Origin: an uncultured bacterium
GTDB taxonomy: Bacteria; CAYUVA01
Length of the DNA: 64,000 nucleotides
Direction: 5' to 3'
Assembly (NCBI GenBank): GCA_964448115.1
Contig: CAYUVA010000006.1
Location: 43,608-107,607 of the forward strand
Shown: one piece after another, positions 1-9,581 of the stretch
Layout of the letters: every line of letters starts with the position of its first letter
Numbering within the stretch: position 1 is the first letter of the stretch
Notes under the pieces: model-generated
What the model saw: only the letters and a program-made list of their open reading frames with translations
What the model was told of the DNA's origin: nothing
Database searches by the model: none
Position numbers and translations under genes: made by a program

Positions 1-560
1 AACTTCTCAGGCTGTTGGGGATGCCGAGAGAGGATCTGCGATACCTGAACATCATCTGTTACAATGTAATGGTCAAGGAAAGATGCAAGGTAGATTACCA
101 GTGGTGTTACTACGGTGGGTATAATACTATCTTTAACCGAGCATCCATCCCGGTGAACTTCAATCCATCATTGGCGCCAAAGGGAACTTTTGGCATTTGT
201 ATCGAGGTTACCGCGCTTGATCACCATAAGCTGTGGGAGATGCCCGAAGCGCTGTTCGATATCATCGGGTACCAGGTGATGAACATCGGGCTGATCAGCG
301 ATCTTAGAAACATAATAGACATAAAGGTCGAGAGGGTGGCAAACACCTATCCGATCTATACGCTAGATTACCTTCAGAAGATAAACTCGGCACTGGAAGC
401 GGTGCACGGATTGAGAAATCTCTATGCCTTCGGAAGGACAGGATCATTTTGGTATAATAACATGGATCATTCCCTTCGCGATGCTATGCAGGTGGTGTCG
501 GGCATAATAAATGGGAATTCAAGCCATCCTAGCGATGCCTTAAGACGCAATTTTTATTAA
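1..560 (+). CDS. FAD/NAD(P)-binding oxidoreductase, C-terminal part (gene starts left of the window; the ORF-track 'M' at 15 is a TTG with no upstream stop)
   Basis: The frame is open to the window edge. The C-terminal motif ...YAFGRTGSFWYNNMDHSLRDAM... is typical of amine-oxidase/UDP-galactopyranose-mutase-like flavoproteins. Confidence 0.4.
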   Translation, partial: LLRLLGMPREDLRYLNIICYNVMVKERCKVDYQWCYYGGYNTIFNRASIPVNFNPSLAPKGTFGICIEVTALDHHKLWEMPEALFDIIGYQVMNIGLISDLRNIIDIKVERVANTYPIYTLDYLQKINSALEAVHGLRNLYAFGRTGSFWYNNMDHSLRDAMQVVSGIINGNSSHPSDALRRNFY

Positions 561-577
561 AGGTTTTTTAGTTTTAC

Positions 578-1390
578 CTACTCAACGACCTTGAATTGAA
601 CTCGTCTGTTCTTGGCGCGATTCTCCTCGCTATCATTGGATGCTATGGGTAAAAGATAAGAAAAGTACCTTATCGATAGCCGCTCAGGTGAGATCCCATG
701 ATGCTGCTCAAGGTATCGCTTCACCGTCTCTGCTCTTTGCCGGGAAAGCCTAAGATTATACTCGTAGGAGCCAATATTGTCCGTATGTCCCTCTATAACC
801 AGGTTATATTTGCTCATATTCTGATGCTTTAGGGTTCTAGCCAGCATATCCAGTTGTGGATCTGGTATCTGCTTAAGTTTTGCGGATCCAAACTCAAAGT
901 TTATCTTTATCGGTATCATCGGGGTGCGCGTAATGCCCCGGAGCTTCGAGTTCTTGTCAAGAATCGCTCGAGTCTGCACTGTCGAGTAATCCTTCTCGAA
1001 GCGATCAGGGTCAAGAAATCGTGTCAGCTCTTCCTCGGTCCATAATCCCTGGTGGTTTTCAATATGGGATTGAATCTTTTCCAGTTGAGACAGCACCTGG
1101 CGGGTATCGTGATCATCGGGTCGCAAAGAAAGATAAATGCTATATGTCTCGATAGCCTTGGGATATAAACCCCAGCTATAGTAATGTTCTGCCAGAGCCA
1201 ACTGGTATTTAGCTTTTTTAGGACAAAGGTTCACCGCCTTATTCAGAAGCTCCACCTTTGTCTTTAGATCGCTGGAAGCATTGGCGCGCCTATAAACCTC
1301 GTCAGCGCTGCTGCAATCCTCACCCCACGCCAAACAACTGATGAGAAGAAAGCTCATTATCGAGAGCATTGTAACATTTGCCTTCATCAT
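578..1390 (-). CDS. OmpA-family protein (OmpA/MotB peptidoglycan-binding C-terminal domain) with N-terminal signal peptide and TPR-like region
   Basis: The C-terminus NLVIEGHTDNIGSYEYNLRLSRQRAETVKRYL...NRRVQF is the classic OmpA_C motif. The N-terminus has a hydrophobic signal peptide. Confidence 0.7.
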   Translation of the reverse strand: MMKANVTMLSIMSFLLISCLAWGEDCSSADEVYRRANASSDLKTKVELLNKAVNLCPKKAKYQLALAEHYYSWGLYPKAIETYSIYLSLRPDDHDTRQVLSQLEKIQSHIENHQGLWTEEELTRFLDPDRFEKDYSTVQTRAILDKNSKLRGITRTPMIPIKINFEFGSAKLKQIPDPQLDMLARTLKHQNMSKYNLVIEGHTDNIGSYEYNLRLSRQRAETVKRYLEQHHGISPERLSIRYFSYLLPIASNDSEENRAKNRRVQFKVVE

Positions 1391-1620
1391 ACCTTTAACC
1401 TCCTTTCACTAGACAGACTATAGTCTATCACCAGATGTTCTATTTTTCAAGATCGTTATAGGCTATCTCTGAGAAGAGATTGTCTGGATAGGTGATTTGG
1501 AGCATTAATATCTGAGCAAGTAATCTAAAGGCTATAGACTCCCGAGTTTGAAAGTTGGGAGCTATAAGTTATTAAAACAACGGAATTATCCAATCGCATG
1601 AGAGAGCATGTTCCTACATT

Positions 1621-1668
1621 CTTTGCGTGTTTGCGGAATCCTTTTTTCCTCTTTGTGCCTTTGTGCCT
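1621..1668. repeat. Copy of dispersed octamer-direct-repeat motif (CTTTGCGTGTTTGCGG ... CTTTGTGCCTTTGTGCC) in the nuoN/ompA intergenic region
   Basis: Near-identical motif blocks recur at 13790-13821 (reverse complement), 49309-49333, 53427-53442 and 53483-53500. Confidence 0.5.
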
Positions 1669-1695
1669 TAGTGGCTGATACGCTTGCAGCCGATA

Positions 1696-3120
1696 TCAGA
1701 CTATCGCTAATGTCGGCATCAGGTTGAGGATGAGAGAAGGGAACAGACCAAGCGCGAAGATGCCTGCCATGCTAAGCACTATTACTAAACCAAGTGCAAC
1801 CGGCAGCTTGATAAACGCAGCGCTCTGGCTATCTGCCATGAAGCTGCGCATGATCACCTTGAGGTAAAAGTAGGCTGCCACTACCGTGATAAGCAATCCG
1901 CCTAATGCCAGGGAATAAAGATGCCGGTCAACCAGAGCCTTGAATATAAGCAGCTTGCCGGTGAAGCCGACCGTGGGCGGTATCCCAGCCATGGCGAATA
2001 TACCCAATCCAAGCGCATAAGCCACGAACGGACTCCCCTTTGCCAAGCCAGCGAGATCGTCGAGTGAGGGCGGCCGCCCCAGGTAATGTGCAATGGCAAC
2101 ATAGGCGCCGAATACCAGGAAAACCATGAGGCTGTAACCGACCAGGTAAAACACCGCCGCTTGCGTAACATCGGGACCAACCGCAACCAGTGCCAGAACA
2201 ATATAGCCAGCCTGCCCGATGCTCGAATAGGCGAGCAGCCGCTTCAGATCCCTCTGTGCTATGGCAACGAAATTGCCGATAAGCAGGGTGAGAATAGCCA
2301 TAAAAGCGATGAGCCAGGGGAAATAACCGTGTATCAGCAGAATAAAAACAGCAAAGCCGGCAGCCTTGGATGCGCTCATTAGGAATGCAGTAACCGGATG
2401 GGGTGCTCCCTGATAGACATCGGGGATCCAGAAGTGAAACGGCGCCGCACCCATCTTGAAGCCGACACCGACCATTGCTAACGCCATGCCGATAAACAGT
2501 AAAACTGTGCCATAATGACCAGCATCAATCGGGTAGTTAAAGAATGTAAAATCAGCCAGCAGCGTAGATCCGCTTCCACTCCCCCAGATAAAGGCGATGC
2601 CGAATATTAAGAATGCGCTGGCAAAGGCGCTGACTAAAAAGAACTTGAGCAGCCCCTCGCGCCCCATCGGCTCGCTTTTGCCATGGTATCCGATCAATAG
2701 AAACATGGAGATCGATAAAAGCTCAAAGGCGATGATAAGAGTTATCAGGTCCGCGCTGCGCACCAGGATAAGCGCCCCAAAGGAAGCAGAGAACAACAAG
2801 GCATAGTAGCTCCCTTGAAGATCAGGATAAATGCTCGGCGCTGATATGAGCACGGTAAATAAAAGCGACAGGTATATAATCAAAGAAAATACGAACCCTA
2901 CATCGCTTCCCACCATCGCATTTCCGAAAATGTACTCCTGCGTCCAGTGCATGCAAGGACAGGCAGCCAGCAGAAACAGCGGTACCAGGGCTAGCACGAT
3001 GCTTGTTCCCCAAAACGATCTCGCCCGCAAGCTAGTGAGATCCAATATCAGCATAACTACGGCAGCGACCAGAACCGCCGTCTCAGGTACGAATAACGAG
3101 AAGTCTCCGAGTATATTCAT
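1696..3120 (-). CDS. nuoN: NADH-quinone oxidoreductase subunit N
   Basis: Polytopic antiporter-like subunit. The motif FHFWIPDVYQGAPHPVTAFLMSASK (PDVYQGAP is NuoN/ND2-specific) and LLAYSSIGQAGY are both present. It is the last gene of the nuo operon. Confidence 0.8.
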   Translation of the reverse strand: MNILGDFSLFVPETAVLVAAVVMLILDLTSLRARSFWGTSIVLALVPLFLLAACPCMHWTQEYIFGNAMVGSDVGFVFSLIIYLSLLFTVLISAPSIYPDLQGSYYALLFSASFGALILVRSADLITLIIAFELLSISMFLLIGYHGKSEPMGREGLLKFFLVSAFASAFLIFGIAFIWGSGSGSTLLADFTFFNYPIDAGHYGTVLLFIGMALAMVGVGFKMGAAPFHFWIPDVYQGAPHPVTAFLMSASKAAGFAVFILLIHGYFPWLIAFMAILTLLIGNFVAIAQRDLKRLLAYSSIGQAGYIVLALVAVGPDVTQAAVFYLVGYSLMVFLVFGAYVAIAHYLGRPPSLDDLAGLAKGSPFVAYALGLGIFAMAGIPPTVGFTGKLLIFKALVDRHLYSLALGGLLITVVAAYFYLKVIMRSFMADSQSAAFIKLPVALGLVIVLSMAGIFALGLFPSLILNLMPTLAIV

Positions 3121-3121
3121 A

Positions 3122-5146
3122 TCACACTAGAATGCTCAGGATTATCATTAGAGCTGATGCAGCGAAGAAATACAGTGCATAGTCCGGGAACCTGCCCGTC
3201 TGCAGGTACTTACCAGCCTGGGCAATACGTTTGACAATGGAGCCGAGCAGGTTCACCGCTCCGTCTATCACATAGATATCGAACACGAATGCCATGATGC
3301 GGGCAAGTCCCTTGGTGCCATCGACAAAGATCCGGTAGTAGCTCTTATCGATGTACCAGCCATTATCGAAGCTCTTGAGCACTATATTCTTGAATGCTCG
3401 CTGTTCCATAGCCAATGCGCCCTCACCGCCCTTACGGATGATGATAAGGTATAAGAAAAATAGCCCGATGAATGGCACCGCTATGGAGATCAGCAGAACC
3501 ACGGTATGATTATGCAAAAGGGCGATCACAGGACAGTAGCCTTGCTCGCAGGTATCAGCCGTCTCTTCCCCTTGGTGATGCTCGACCGCCGCATGTTCCG
3601 CAGGATGGACTGCCAGCTCCCTGGCAAAGGGGTATGTGGAGTGCAAGTAATGCTCGATGTGCGGCTTGCCGTGAAGCTCAGCGGGGACATTTACATACCC
3701 GCCGATCACCGACAACACTGCCAGCGCGACCAACGGATAAAGCATCACCTTTGGCGACTCGTGGGGATGGATCTCGTGTCCATAGCGCGGCTTGTCGCAG
3801 AAGGTCAAATAGACCGCGCGGAAGGTGTAAAAGGCGGTCAAGCCAGCGGTTACCAGGCTGATCGCCCAGAACCAGTAATAGACATCGTATCCGCTCTGCG
3901 CCTTGTGCAGGGTGCTTGCCAGTATCTCGTCCTTGGAGAAGAAGCCGCTCAATAGCGGAAGCCCAGAGAGGGCGGCAGCCCCGATGATAAAGGTAAAAAA
4001 GGTGCCCGGCATCTGCTTCTTCAGACCACCCATGCGCCTCATATCCTGCTCCTCGTGCATGCCGTGGATGACCGAACCGCTGCCCAAGAATAGGAGAGCC
4101 TTGAAGAATGCGTGGGTCATCAGATGAAAGAAGGCAGCAGCGAAAGCGCCTACACCGCAGGCTACAAACATATAACCGAGTTGGCTGATGGTCGAGTAGG
4201 CGAGCACCTGCTTGATGTCATACCTGGTCAGCGCAATGGTGGCAGCGACAAGGGCGGTCGCAACCCCGATGAAGGCGATGATGGTGAGAATATACGGCGC
4301 CATGACAAAGAGAACCTGGCAGCGCATCACCATATAGACACCAGCGGTTACCATGGTAGCAGCATGGATCAGGGCGCTGACCGGAGTGGGACCCTCCATC
4401 GCATCCGGAAGCCAGACAAATAATGGGATCTGCGCAGACTTGGCGGTTGCACCCCAGAAAAGTAGCGCGGCGATGCCGAAAAGGGTCATCGGAGCAACCG
4501 TGGATAGAACCTCAACTTTCAGCACATCATCGAAGTTCCAACTGCCAAAGAGCGTGAATATCCACGCCATGCCGAGTAAGAATCCGAAGTCTCCCACCCG
4601 GTTGGTCAGAAATGCCTTGACCGCTGCATCCGAGGCGCTCTTCTTCCTGTACCAGAAGCCGATCAGCAGATAAGACGACAGCCCGACACCCTCCCAGCCG
4701 ATGAACATGGTGAAGAAGTTGCCACTTAGCACCAAGGTTAGCATCATGAAGATAAACAGGTTCATATACGCGAAGAATCTATAGTAAGACTCCTCGTGAG
4801 CCATGTACCCGATGGAATAGACATGGATGATGAAGCCGACCCCGGTAACAACCAGCAGCATAAGCAAAGATAAAGGATCGAAGATCAGATTGAGCTTGAC
4901 ATCGAAATCCCCCAGCCGCATCAGGGTGTAAATATCTAGCACCTGGTGGCGATACTCGGCTGGGAGCATTGTATTGCCGATAAATAGAAGCACACCGAGC
5001 AAAAACGAGATAAGCACGCTTCCACAGGCGATGATATGCACCGTGCGCCTGCTAAATACCGTCCTGCCCAGCAAGCCGTTGAGCACAAACCCAGCCAGGG
5101 GCATAAGTATGGTCATAAACAGCATTGTCCTGGTCGATTCTACCAT
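3122..5146 (-). CDS. nuoL: NADH-quinone oxidoreductase subunit L (674 aa; start possibly at internal Met near 5125)
   Basis: The NuoL signature WLPDAMEGPTPVSALIHAATMV is present, as is the C-terminal long-helix region (IDGAVNLLG). It contains an unusual His-rich insert. Confidence 0.85.
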   Translation of the reverse strand: MVESTRTMLFMTILMPLAGFVLNGLLGRTVFSRRTVHIIACGSVLISFLLGVLLFIGNTMLPAEYRHQVLDIYTLMRLGDFDVKLNLIFDPLSLLMLLVVTGVGFIIHVYSIGYMAHEESYYRFFAYMNLFIFMMLTLVLSGNFFTMFIGWEGVGLSSYLLIGFWYRKKSASDAAVKAFLTNRVGDFGFLLGMAWIFTLFGSWNFDDVLKVEVLSTVAPMTLFGIAALLFWGATAKSAQIPLFVWLPDAMEGPTPVSALIHAATMVTAGVYMVMRCQVLFVMAPYILTIIAFIGVATALVAATIALTRYDIKQVLAYSTISQLGYMFVACGVGAFAAAFFHLMTHAFFKALLFLGSGSVIHGMHEEQDMRRMGGLKKQMPGTFFTFIIGAAALSGLPLLSGFFSKDEILASTLHKAQSGYDVYYWFWAISLVTAGLTAFYTFRAVYLTFCDKPRYGHEIHPHESPKVMLYPLVALAVLSVIGGYVNVPAELHGKPHIEHYLHSTYPFARELAVHPAEHAAVEHHQGEETADTCEQGYCPVIALLHNHTVVLLISIAVPFIGLFFLYLIIIRKGGEGALAMEQRAFKNIVLKSFDNGWYIDKSYYRIFVDGTKGLARIMAFVFDIYVIDGAVNLLGSIVKRIAQAGKYLQTGRFPDYALYFFAASALMIILSILV

Positions 5147-5442
5147 TTGAGCATATCCATCTCGTTAATATCGCTGTAGTCCTTGTCCCGGTAGATGAAG
5201 ATGATGATAGCCAGCCCGATGGCAGCCTCGGCGGCAGCCAGCGCAAGCACGAAGATGATCATCACCTCGCCGCGCACATTGTTCATGTACTTGGCAAATG
5301 CCATCAGCACAAGGTTCGCCGAGTTGAGCATAAGCTCGATGCCCATGAAAATTGCCAACGGATTTCTTCGCGCCAGGCAGACTATAGCTCCGATGATAAA
5401 CAGGATTACAGCCAGAATAATATAATGACCGACATGTATCAT
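5140..5442 (-). CDS. nuoK: NADH-quinone oxidoreductase subunit K
   Basis: A 100-aa, 3-TM protein carrying the conserved ...GIELMLNSANL...AEAAIGLAI... ND4L motifs. Confidence 0.85.
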   Translation of the reverse strand: MIHVGHYIILAVILFIIGAIVCLARRNPLAIFMGIELMLNSANLVLMAFAKYMNNVRGEVMIIFVLALAAAEAAIGLAIIIFIYRDKDYSDINEMDMLKW

Positions 5443-5987
5443 CTAATGGCTCTCCCTTCATCCCTTGGTTGGCTCTGCCGGGCAAAGTAGATCAAGCCTA
5501 TCAGCGCTGCCAGCAATAAGACCGAGATAAGCTCGAAGGCAAAGTAATACTCGGTAAGCAGGACATGGCTGACCTGGTAAGCGGTGCTTTGAACCGGATC
5601 GAAGACCTCCGCCTGGCTAGGCTGGTAATGGCTCGGCTGCATCCCCCTCAACATGCCGAAAATTACGAAAAATGGCGTGCAGAACGCAACCGAGATTAAG
5701 ATCATAAGAGCAATCTTGCCAGATCGTTTCCTTGCCGCATACGGGGAGGGCTTGAAATCTAAAAGCATAATCACGATGACGAACAGGACCATGATGGCGC
5801 CGGCATAGACGATCACCTGGAGTATAGCCAGGAACTCCGCTCCCATAAGTAAAAACAGCCCGGCAATGGCAAGGATAGTTACCACCAGGAACAGGGCATT
5901 ATTGACTAGGTTGCGATGTAGCAATAGCCCCAGCGCCCCGCCGATCGCTATCGCTGCCAAGATGTAAAAAATTGCTATGCTCGCCAT
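5439..5987 (-). CDS. nuoJ: NADH-quinone oxidoreductase subunit J
   Basis: A 182-aa membrane protein with ND6-like topology, placed between nuoH and nuoK. Confidence 0.7.
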   Translation of the reverse strand: MASIAIFYILAAIAIGGALGLLLHRNLVNNALFLVVTILAIAGLFLLMGAEFLAILQVIVYAGAIMVLFVIVIMLLDFKPSPYAARKRSGKIALMILISVAFCTPFFVIFGMLRGMQPSHYQPSQAEVFDPVQSTAYQVSHVLLTEYYFAFELISVLLLAALIGLIYFARQSQPRDEGRAIR

Positions 5988-5991
5988 GTCT

Positions 5992-7008
5992 TTATTTCAA
6001 GTATATGATGTAAAAGCCTGTCCAAAGGATGTTCAAAAGCGCCAGGGGGAACAAGAAGTACCACCCAAAGCGCACCAACTGGTCGAAGCGAAGCCTGGGG
6101 AGTGTCCCCCGCACCCAGATAAAGAAGAATATGAAGAAAGCCATCTTGCCTAAAAGCCAGAAGATGCCTGGAATATAGGTGAATGGCGCAAAGGGTATCA
6201 GCGGCTTGTAGCCGCCTAAAAAAAGCGTGGAGGCGATCAGCGATACAACCACTAGATGCACATACTCACCTAGGAAAAACAGGGCAAACTTCATCCCGCT
6301 GTACTCGACATTGTACCCGCTGACCAGCTCAGCCTCTGCCTCGGGAAGATCGAACGGGGTGCGGTTCATCTCCGCCATAGCGGCGATGAGATAAGCCAGA
6401 AATCCGAGCGGTTGCACCAGGATAAACGGGTACCTGCCCTGTGCCTCGACGATGCTGGTCAGGTTAAGGCTGCCGGTGATCATCACGATCCCGATCACGG
6501 AGAGCCCCAATCCAAGCTCGTAGCTTATCATCTGCGAGGTCGCCCGGACTCCGCCGATAAGCGACCACTTGTTCCTAGACGCCCAGCCACCCAGCGCAGT
6601 GCCATAAACTGCAAGCGATGATAGAGCGAACAGCACCAGGAGCCCGACCTCCATATCGGCTATGGTCAACGAGACCGGCTCAAAGAAAAGTCCGAACAGC
6701 GTGGTTTCAGGGATGATCGGGATCACCGATACCATCAGCATGGCTGGGATGACAAGAAAAGCTGGCGCCAAATAATAAAGCATCTTGCGCACATCAGCGG
6801 GGATAAGGTTCTCCTTGAACTGAAGCTTGATGAAGTCAGCAAAGGGCTGGAACAGTCCCCATGGACCAATGCGGTTGGGTCCTGGTCTCAGTTGTATCCA
6901 GCCGAGTATCTTGCGCTCGAACAGCACCGCATAAGGCATGACTATCATCAGTCCGCCGAAGACGAGCAGAACCTTGATCAGGGCTATGAGCCACGGCGAG
7001 GAGATCAT
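5992..7008 (-). CDS. nuoH: NADH-quinone oxidoreductase subunit H
   Basis: A 338-aa protein with ND1 motifs (...RGPWGLFQPFADFIKL..., EAEAELVSGYNVEYSG). Confidence 0.85.
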   Translation of the reverse strand: MISSPWLIALIKVLLVFGGLMIVMPYAVLFERKILGWIQLRPGPNRIGPWGLFQPFADFIKLQFKENLIPADVRKMLYYLAPAFLVIPAMLMVSVIPIIPETTLFGLFFEPVSLTIADMEVGLLVLFALSSLAVYGTALGGWASRNKWSLIGGVRATSQMISYELGLGLSVIGIVMITGSLNLTSIVEAQGRYPFILVQPLGFLAYLIAAMAEMNRTPFDLPEAEAELVSGYNVEYSGMKFALFFLGEYVHLVVVSLIASTLFLGGYKPLIPFAPFTYIPGIFWLLGKMAFFIFFFIWVRGTLPRLRFDQLVRFGWYFLFPLALLNILWTGFYIIYLK

Positions 7009-7266
7009 GCCGAACCCCCTATTGATGATGTCTCAAACCCCCTAAAACCTGTCATCCCGAGCGCAGTCCCAACTCCGCTGGAAATTGAGACGAAGTCGAG
7101 GGATCTCAGCAAGGCAATGATTACAAAGAGATTCCTCCACTCGCTTGTCCCGAAAAATTGGAACAAGCTCAATCGGAATGACATATTTCGGATTTGCCTT
7201 GACCTTTTTGGACAGACTGCCCTTGTTTGGCGCATCCGCTCGGTTGACACTCTCTTTATATTTCCT

Positions 7267-7290
7267 CTTATCATTCTATCACTTCATATC
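7267..7290. repeat. Repeat copy CTTATCATTCTATCACTTCATATC with preceding GCTCGGTT in the 286-bp nuoA-nuoH spacer; homologous to 54143-54187
   Basis: 26 of 29 nt match between 7259-7290 and 54160-54187. The upstream GCTCGG(A)TT motif is shared. Confidence 0.5.
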
Positions 7291-7294
7291 ATGT

Positions 7295-7657
7295 CTAAAA
7301 GTGAAAAACATTCTTCTTGACAGCATAAAGATATCCCAACAACACGAAGAATAGAAAAACGCCCATCTCGATAAGCCCGAACAAGCCAAGATCCTTGAAG
7401 ATCACCGCCCAGGGGTAGAAGAATACTACCTCGATATCGAATATAAGGAAAATCAAGGCGACCACGAAGAACTTGACGCTGTAGCGCACATAAGTCTTTG
7501 TTGGCGGGATACCGCACTCGTAGGTCTCCTGCTTGATCGGGTTGGGGGAGACGCCGCCAAGTATGCGCTGGAAGAAGACCACCGCCACGACGAATAGAAG
7601 TGCGAACAGAAACAGTATGAAAAAGGCGAGATACTCCATTACTTCTGCTTCCCCCAC
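7295..7657 (-). CDS. nuoA: NADH-quinone oxidoreductase subunit A (alternative start at 7639 overlapping nuoI stop)
   Basis: ND3 motifs YECGIPP...FDIEVVFFYPWAV are present. The position is unusual: it lies after nuoI rather than at the operon head. Confidence 0.8.
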   Translation of the reverse strand: MGEAEVMEYLAFFILFLFALLFVVAVVFFQRILGGVSPNPIKQETYECGIPPTKTYVRYSVKFFVVALIFLIFDIEVVFFYPWAVIFKDLGLFGLIEMGVFLFFVLLGYLYAVKKNVFHF

Positions 7658-8109
7658 TTCTTTATTATATCGTGATGTACTCCGCCGCGGGCAAGAAGCG
7701 CCTCCTTGTTATAAATCAAGGACTGGCGGCTCGGTCCCTGGAACGCCCATTCTTTCTTGCAGAAGATAGCCTGCTCAGGGCAGACCTCCTCGCAGAACCC
7801 GCAGAAGATGCACTTGTTCATATCGATGGTGAACTCGGCAGGGTACTTTTCAACCTTGTTATCTTCGGGCAGCTCCCCAGCTTTTATTGAGATAGCCTGC
7901 GGGGGGCAGATGAACTCGCAGAGGCAGCAAGCCACGCACTTAGCTCTTCCATCCTGGTCGGTTACTAGCACTGGCGCGCCGCGATAGTTGTCCTGAACCT
8001 GCCAGACAACGAACGGGTGCGGGATAGTAGAGTGGGGGCGCAGCATGTTGCGCAGCGTGATCGAGAGACCGCGCACGAACTCGAAGGCTATGCTGAATGG
8101 ATTGCTCAT
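7639..8109 (-). CDS. nuoI: NADH-quinone oxidoreductase subunit I (2x[4Fe-4S] ferredoxin)
   Basis: Two motifs are present, CxxCxxCxxxCP (CVACCLCEFICP) and CIFCGFCEEVCP. Confidence 0.85.
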   Translation of the reverse strand: MSNPFSIAFEFVRGLSITLRNMLRPHSTIPHPFVVWQVQDNYRGAPVLVTDQDGRAKCVACCLCEFICPPQAISIKAGELPEDNKVEKYPAEFTIDMNKCIFCGFCEEVCPEQAIFCKKEWAFQGPSRQSLIYNKEALLARGGVHHDIIKKWGKQK

Positions 8110-9581
8110 GCGGTTACGCCCTTTGCTATCATGGCTAGCAGGTTTATTATCTCGCTCTCTGTTTTCACGCTCTCCGGCTTCTCTGCGCCGGGGGTGAAGT
8201 GCTGCGTGATGCCCTGGAAATTAGTCCAGTCCCCCTCTTTCTCTGTATAGACCGCTGATGGGAGTATGATGCCGAAGTAAGAGTTGGTGCTATGCGAGCT
8301 GGTGCCGACGAATATCGACTGTTGAAGCACCTTTGCCACATTTCCCGAGGCAGCCTCGCCTAGCCAGTTATCGCGGAAGGAGAGCACGAAATCAACGCCT
8401 TGCTTTTCGATCAGGTCAAGGATCTCGCCATCGGTCTCAAATAGCTTATATCCGAGCTGCTTCAAGCCGTATGCGTTGGGTCCCTTGTCAGCCCTGATCA
8501 GCAGCTCATCATCCTGCCCGGCGACGAGGCTCTTGAAGCCAAAGATCGCCTGGGGGAAGATATCCTTGAAGGTCTCCATTAGCAAGCTCGCCTCCTGGTT
8601 GCTCAGCCACTCGCTGGCAAGGATGAGCTGTTTTGCCTTGCGCTCCCTGCCGGCTTGCAAAAGCATCTCCCTGCACTGTGGCACGGCTTGCTCCCAACCG
8701 ACGCTCTCGAAGGCGCTCTTCAGCTTGCGCCAGGGGGTGAGGATGCGCTTAGGTGAATAGGCTTCCTTGTAGGACTCCCGTCCCTTGTCGCACATCCAGT
8801 AACCGTTGACCATCTCGTTGTATCTAGGAAGGATGCGCCGAACCACGAACCTTCTCGACTGCAGCCATATATTGCACCCCCGCGAGCACATGGGGCAGAT
8901 AGACTCGAAGGAGCGCAGAAACCAAACCCGATCCTTGAAGCGGAAATCCTTGGAGGTAAGCGCGCCGACCGGGCAAAGATCCACCGTGTTCAGCGAGTAG
9001 GGATCATCGAACGGCTGACCCGGCGCGGTTGCTACCGAGTTGCGATCCCCCCTTGCGATAAAGGTGAGCTGTTCGCTTTTGGATACCTCAGTGCAGAAGC
9101 GGATGCAGCGCGAGCACTTGATGCAGCGCTCGCCATCGTAAACGATGCGCGGACCTATGGGATATCGCTTGCGATCTTTCTCCTTGGGGAACTCGAAGCG
9201 GCTCCTTCCCCTGCCGCAGTCGTAGGCATAGTCCTGCAGCAGGCACTCGCCAGCCTGGTCGCAGATCGGGCAATCGAGCGGGTGATTTATCAGTTGGAAC
9301 TCCATAGCCGCTGCCCTTGCTACAAGCACCGGCTGCGTATTCGTATATACCTTCATCCCCTGGGTAGGGGAGAGCTTGCATGCGATGGTAGGATTCGGAT
9401 TATCTCCAACTTGTACCATGCACAGCCGGCAGTTGCCGGCAACCGACAGCGCTGGATGATAGCAAAGATGAGGTATGTATATATCATTAGCCAGGGCGAC
9501 CTCGAGGACATTGCTTCCCTTGTTAGCCACAATCTCGCGGTCGTTTAAGAAGAATGTAATCCTGTCGCTATCCTTGCTCAT
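8106..9581 (-). CDS. nuoG: NADH-quinone oxidoreductase subunit G, short form (491 aa)
   Basis: The N-terminal 2Fe-2S ferredoxin (CYHPALSVAGNCRLCMV) and 4Fe-4S clusters (HPLDCPICDQAGEC, CIKCSRCIRFC) are present. The C-terminal molybdopterin-like domain is reduced. Confidence 0.8.
   Translation of the reverse strand: MSKDSDRITFFLNDREIVANKGSNVLEVALANDIYIPHLCYHPALSVAGNCRLCMVQVGDNPNPTIACKLSPTQGMKVYTNTQPVLVARAAAMEFQLINHPLDCPICDQAGECLLQDYAYDCGRGRSRFEFPKEKDRKRYPIGPRIVYDGERCIKCSRCIRFCTEVSKSEQLTFIARGDRNSVATAPGQPFDDPYSLNTVDLCPVGALTSKDFRFKDRVWFLRSFESICPMCSRGCNIWLQSRRFVVRRILPRYNEMVNGYWMCDKGRESYKEAYSPKRILTPWRKLKSAFESVGWEQAVPQCREMLLQAGRERKAKQLILASEWLSNQEASLLMETFKDIFPQAIFGFKSLVAGQDDELLIRADKGPNAYGLKQLGYKLFETDGEILDLIEKQGVDFVLSFRDNWLGEAASGNVAKVLQQSIFVGTSSHSTNSYFGIILPSAVYTEKEGDWTNFQGITQHFTPGAEKPESVKTESEIINLLAMIAKGVTA

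Noticed and set aside
3472-5490. Numerous >100-aa ORFs lie antisense to nuoL/nuoK (e.g. 3472-3861, 3506-3955, 4353-4673, 5125-5490), with similar ones across nuoG/F/D.
   Set aside because: They overlap strongly conserved nuo coding sequence on the opposite strand, are Arg/Pro/Gly-rich as expected for GC-biased antisense frames, and have no motifs.
7005-7274. An 89-aa ORF lies inside the nuoA-nuoH spacer.
   Set aside because: It is low-complexity, has no SD or motifs, and overlaps the repeat copy. The spacer is more likely non-coding.
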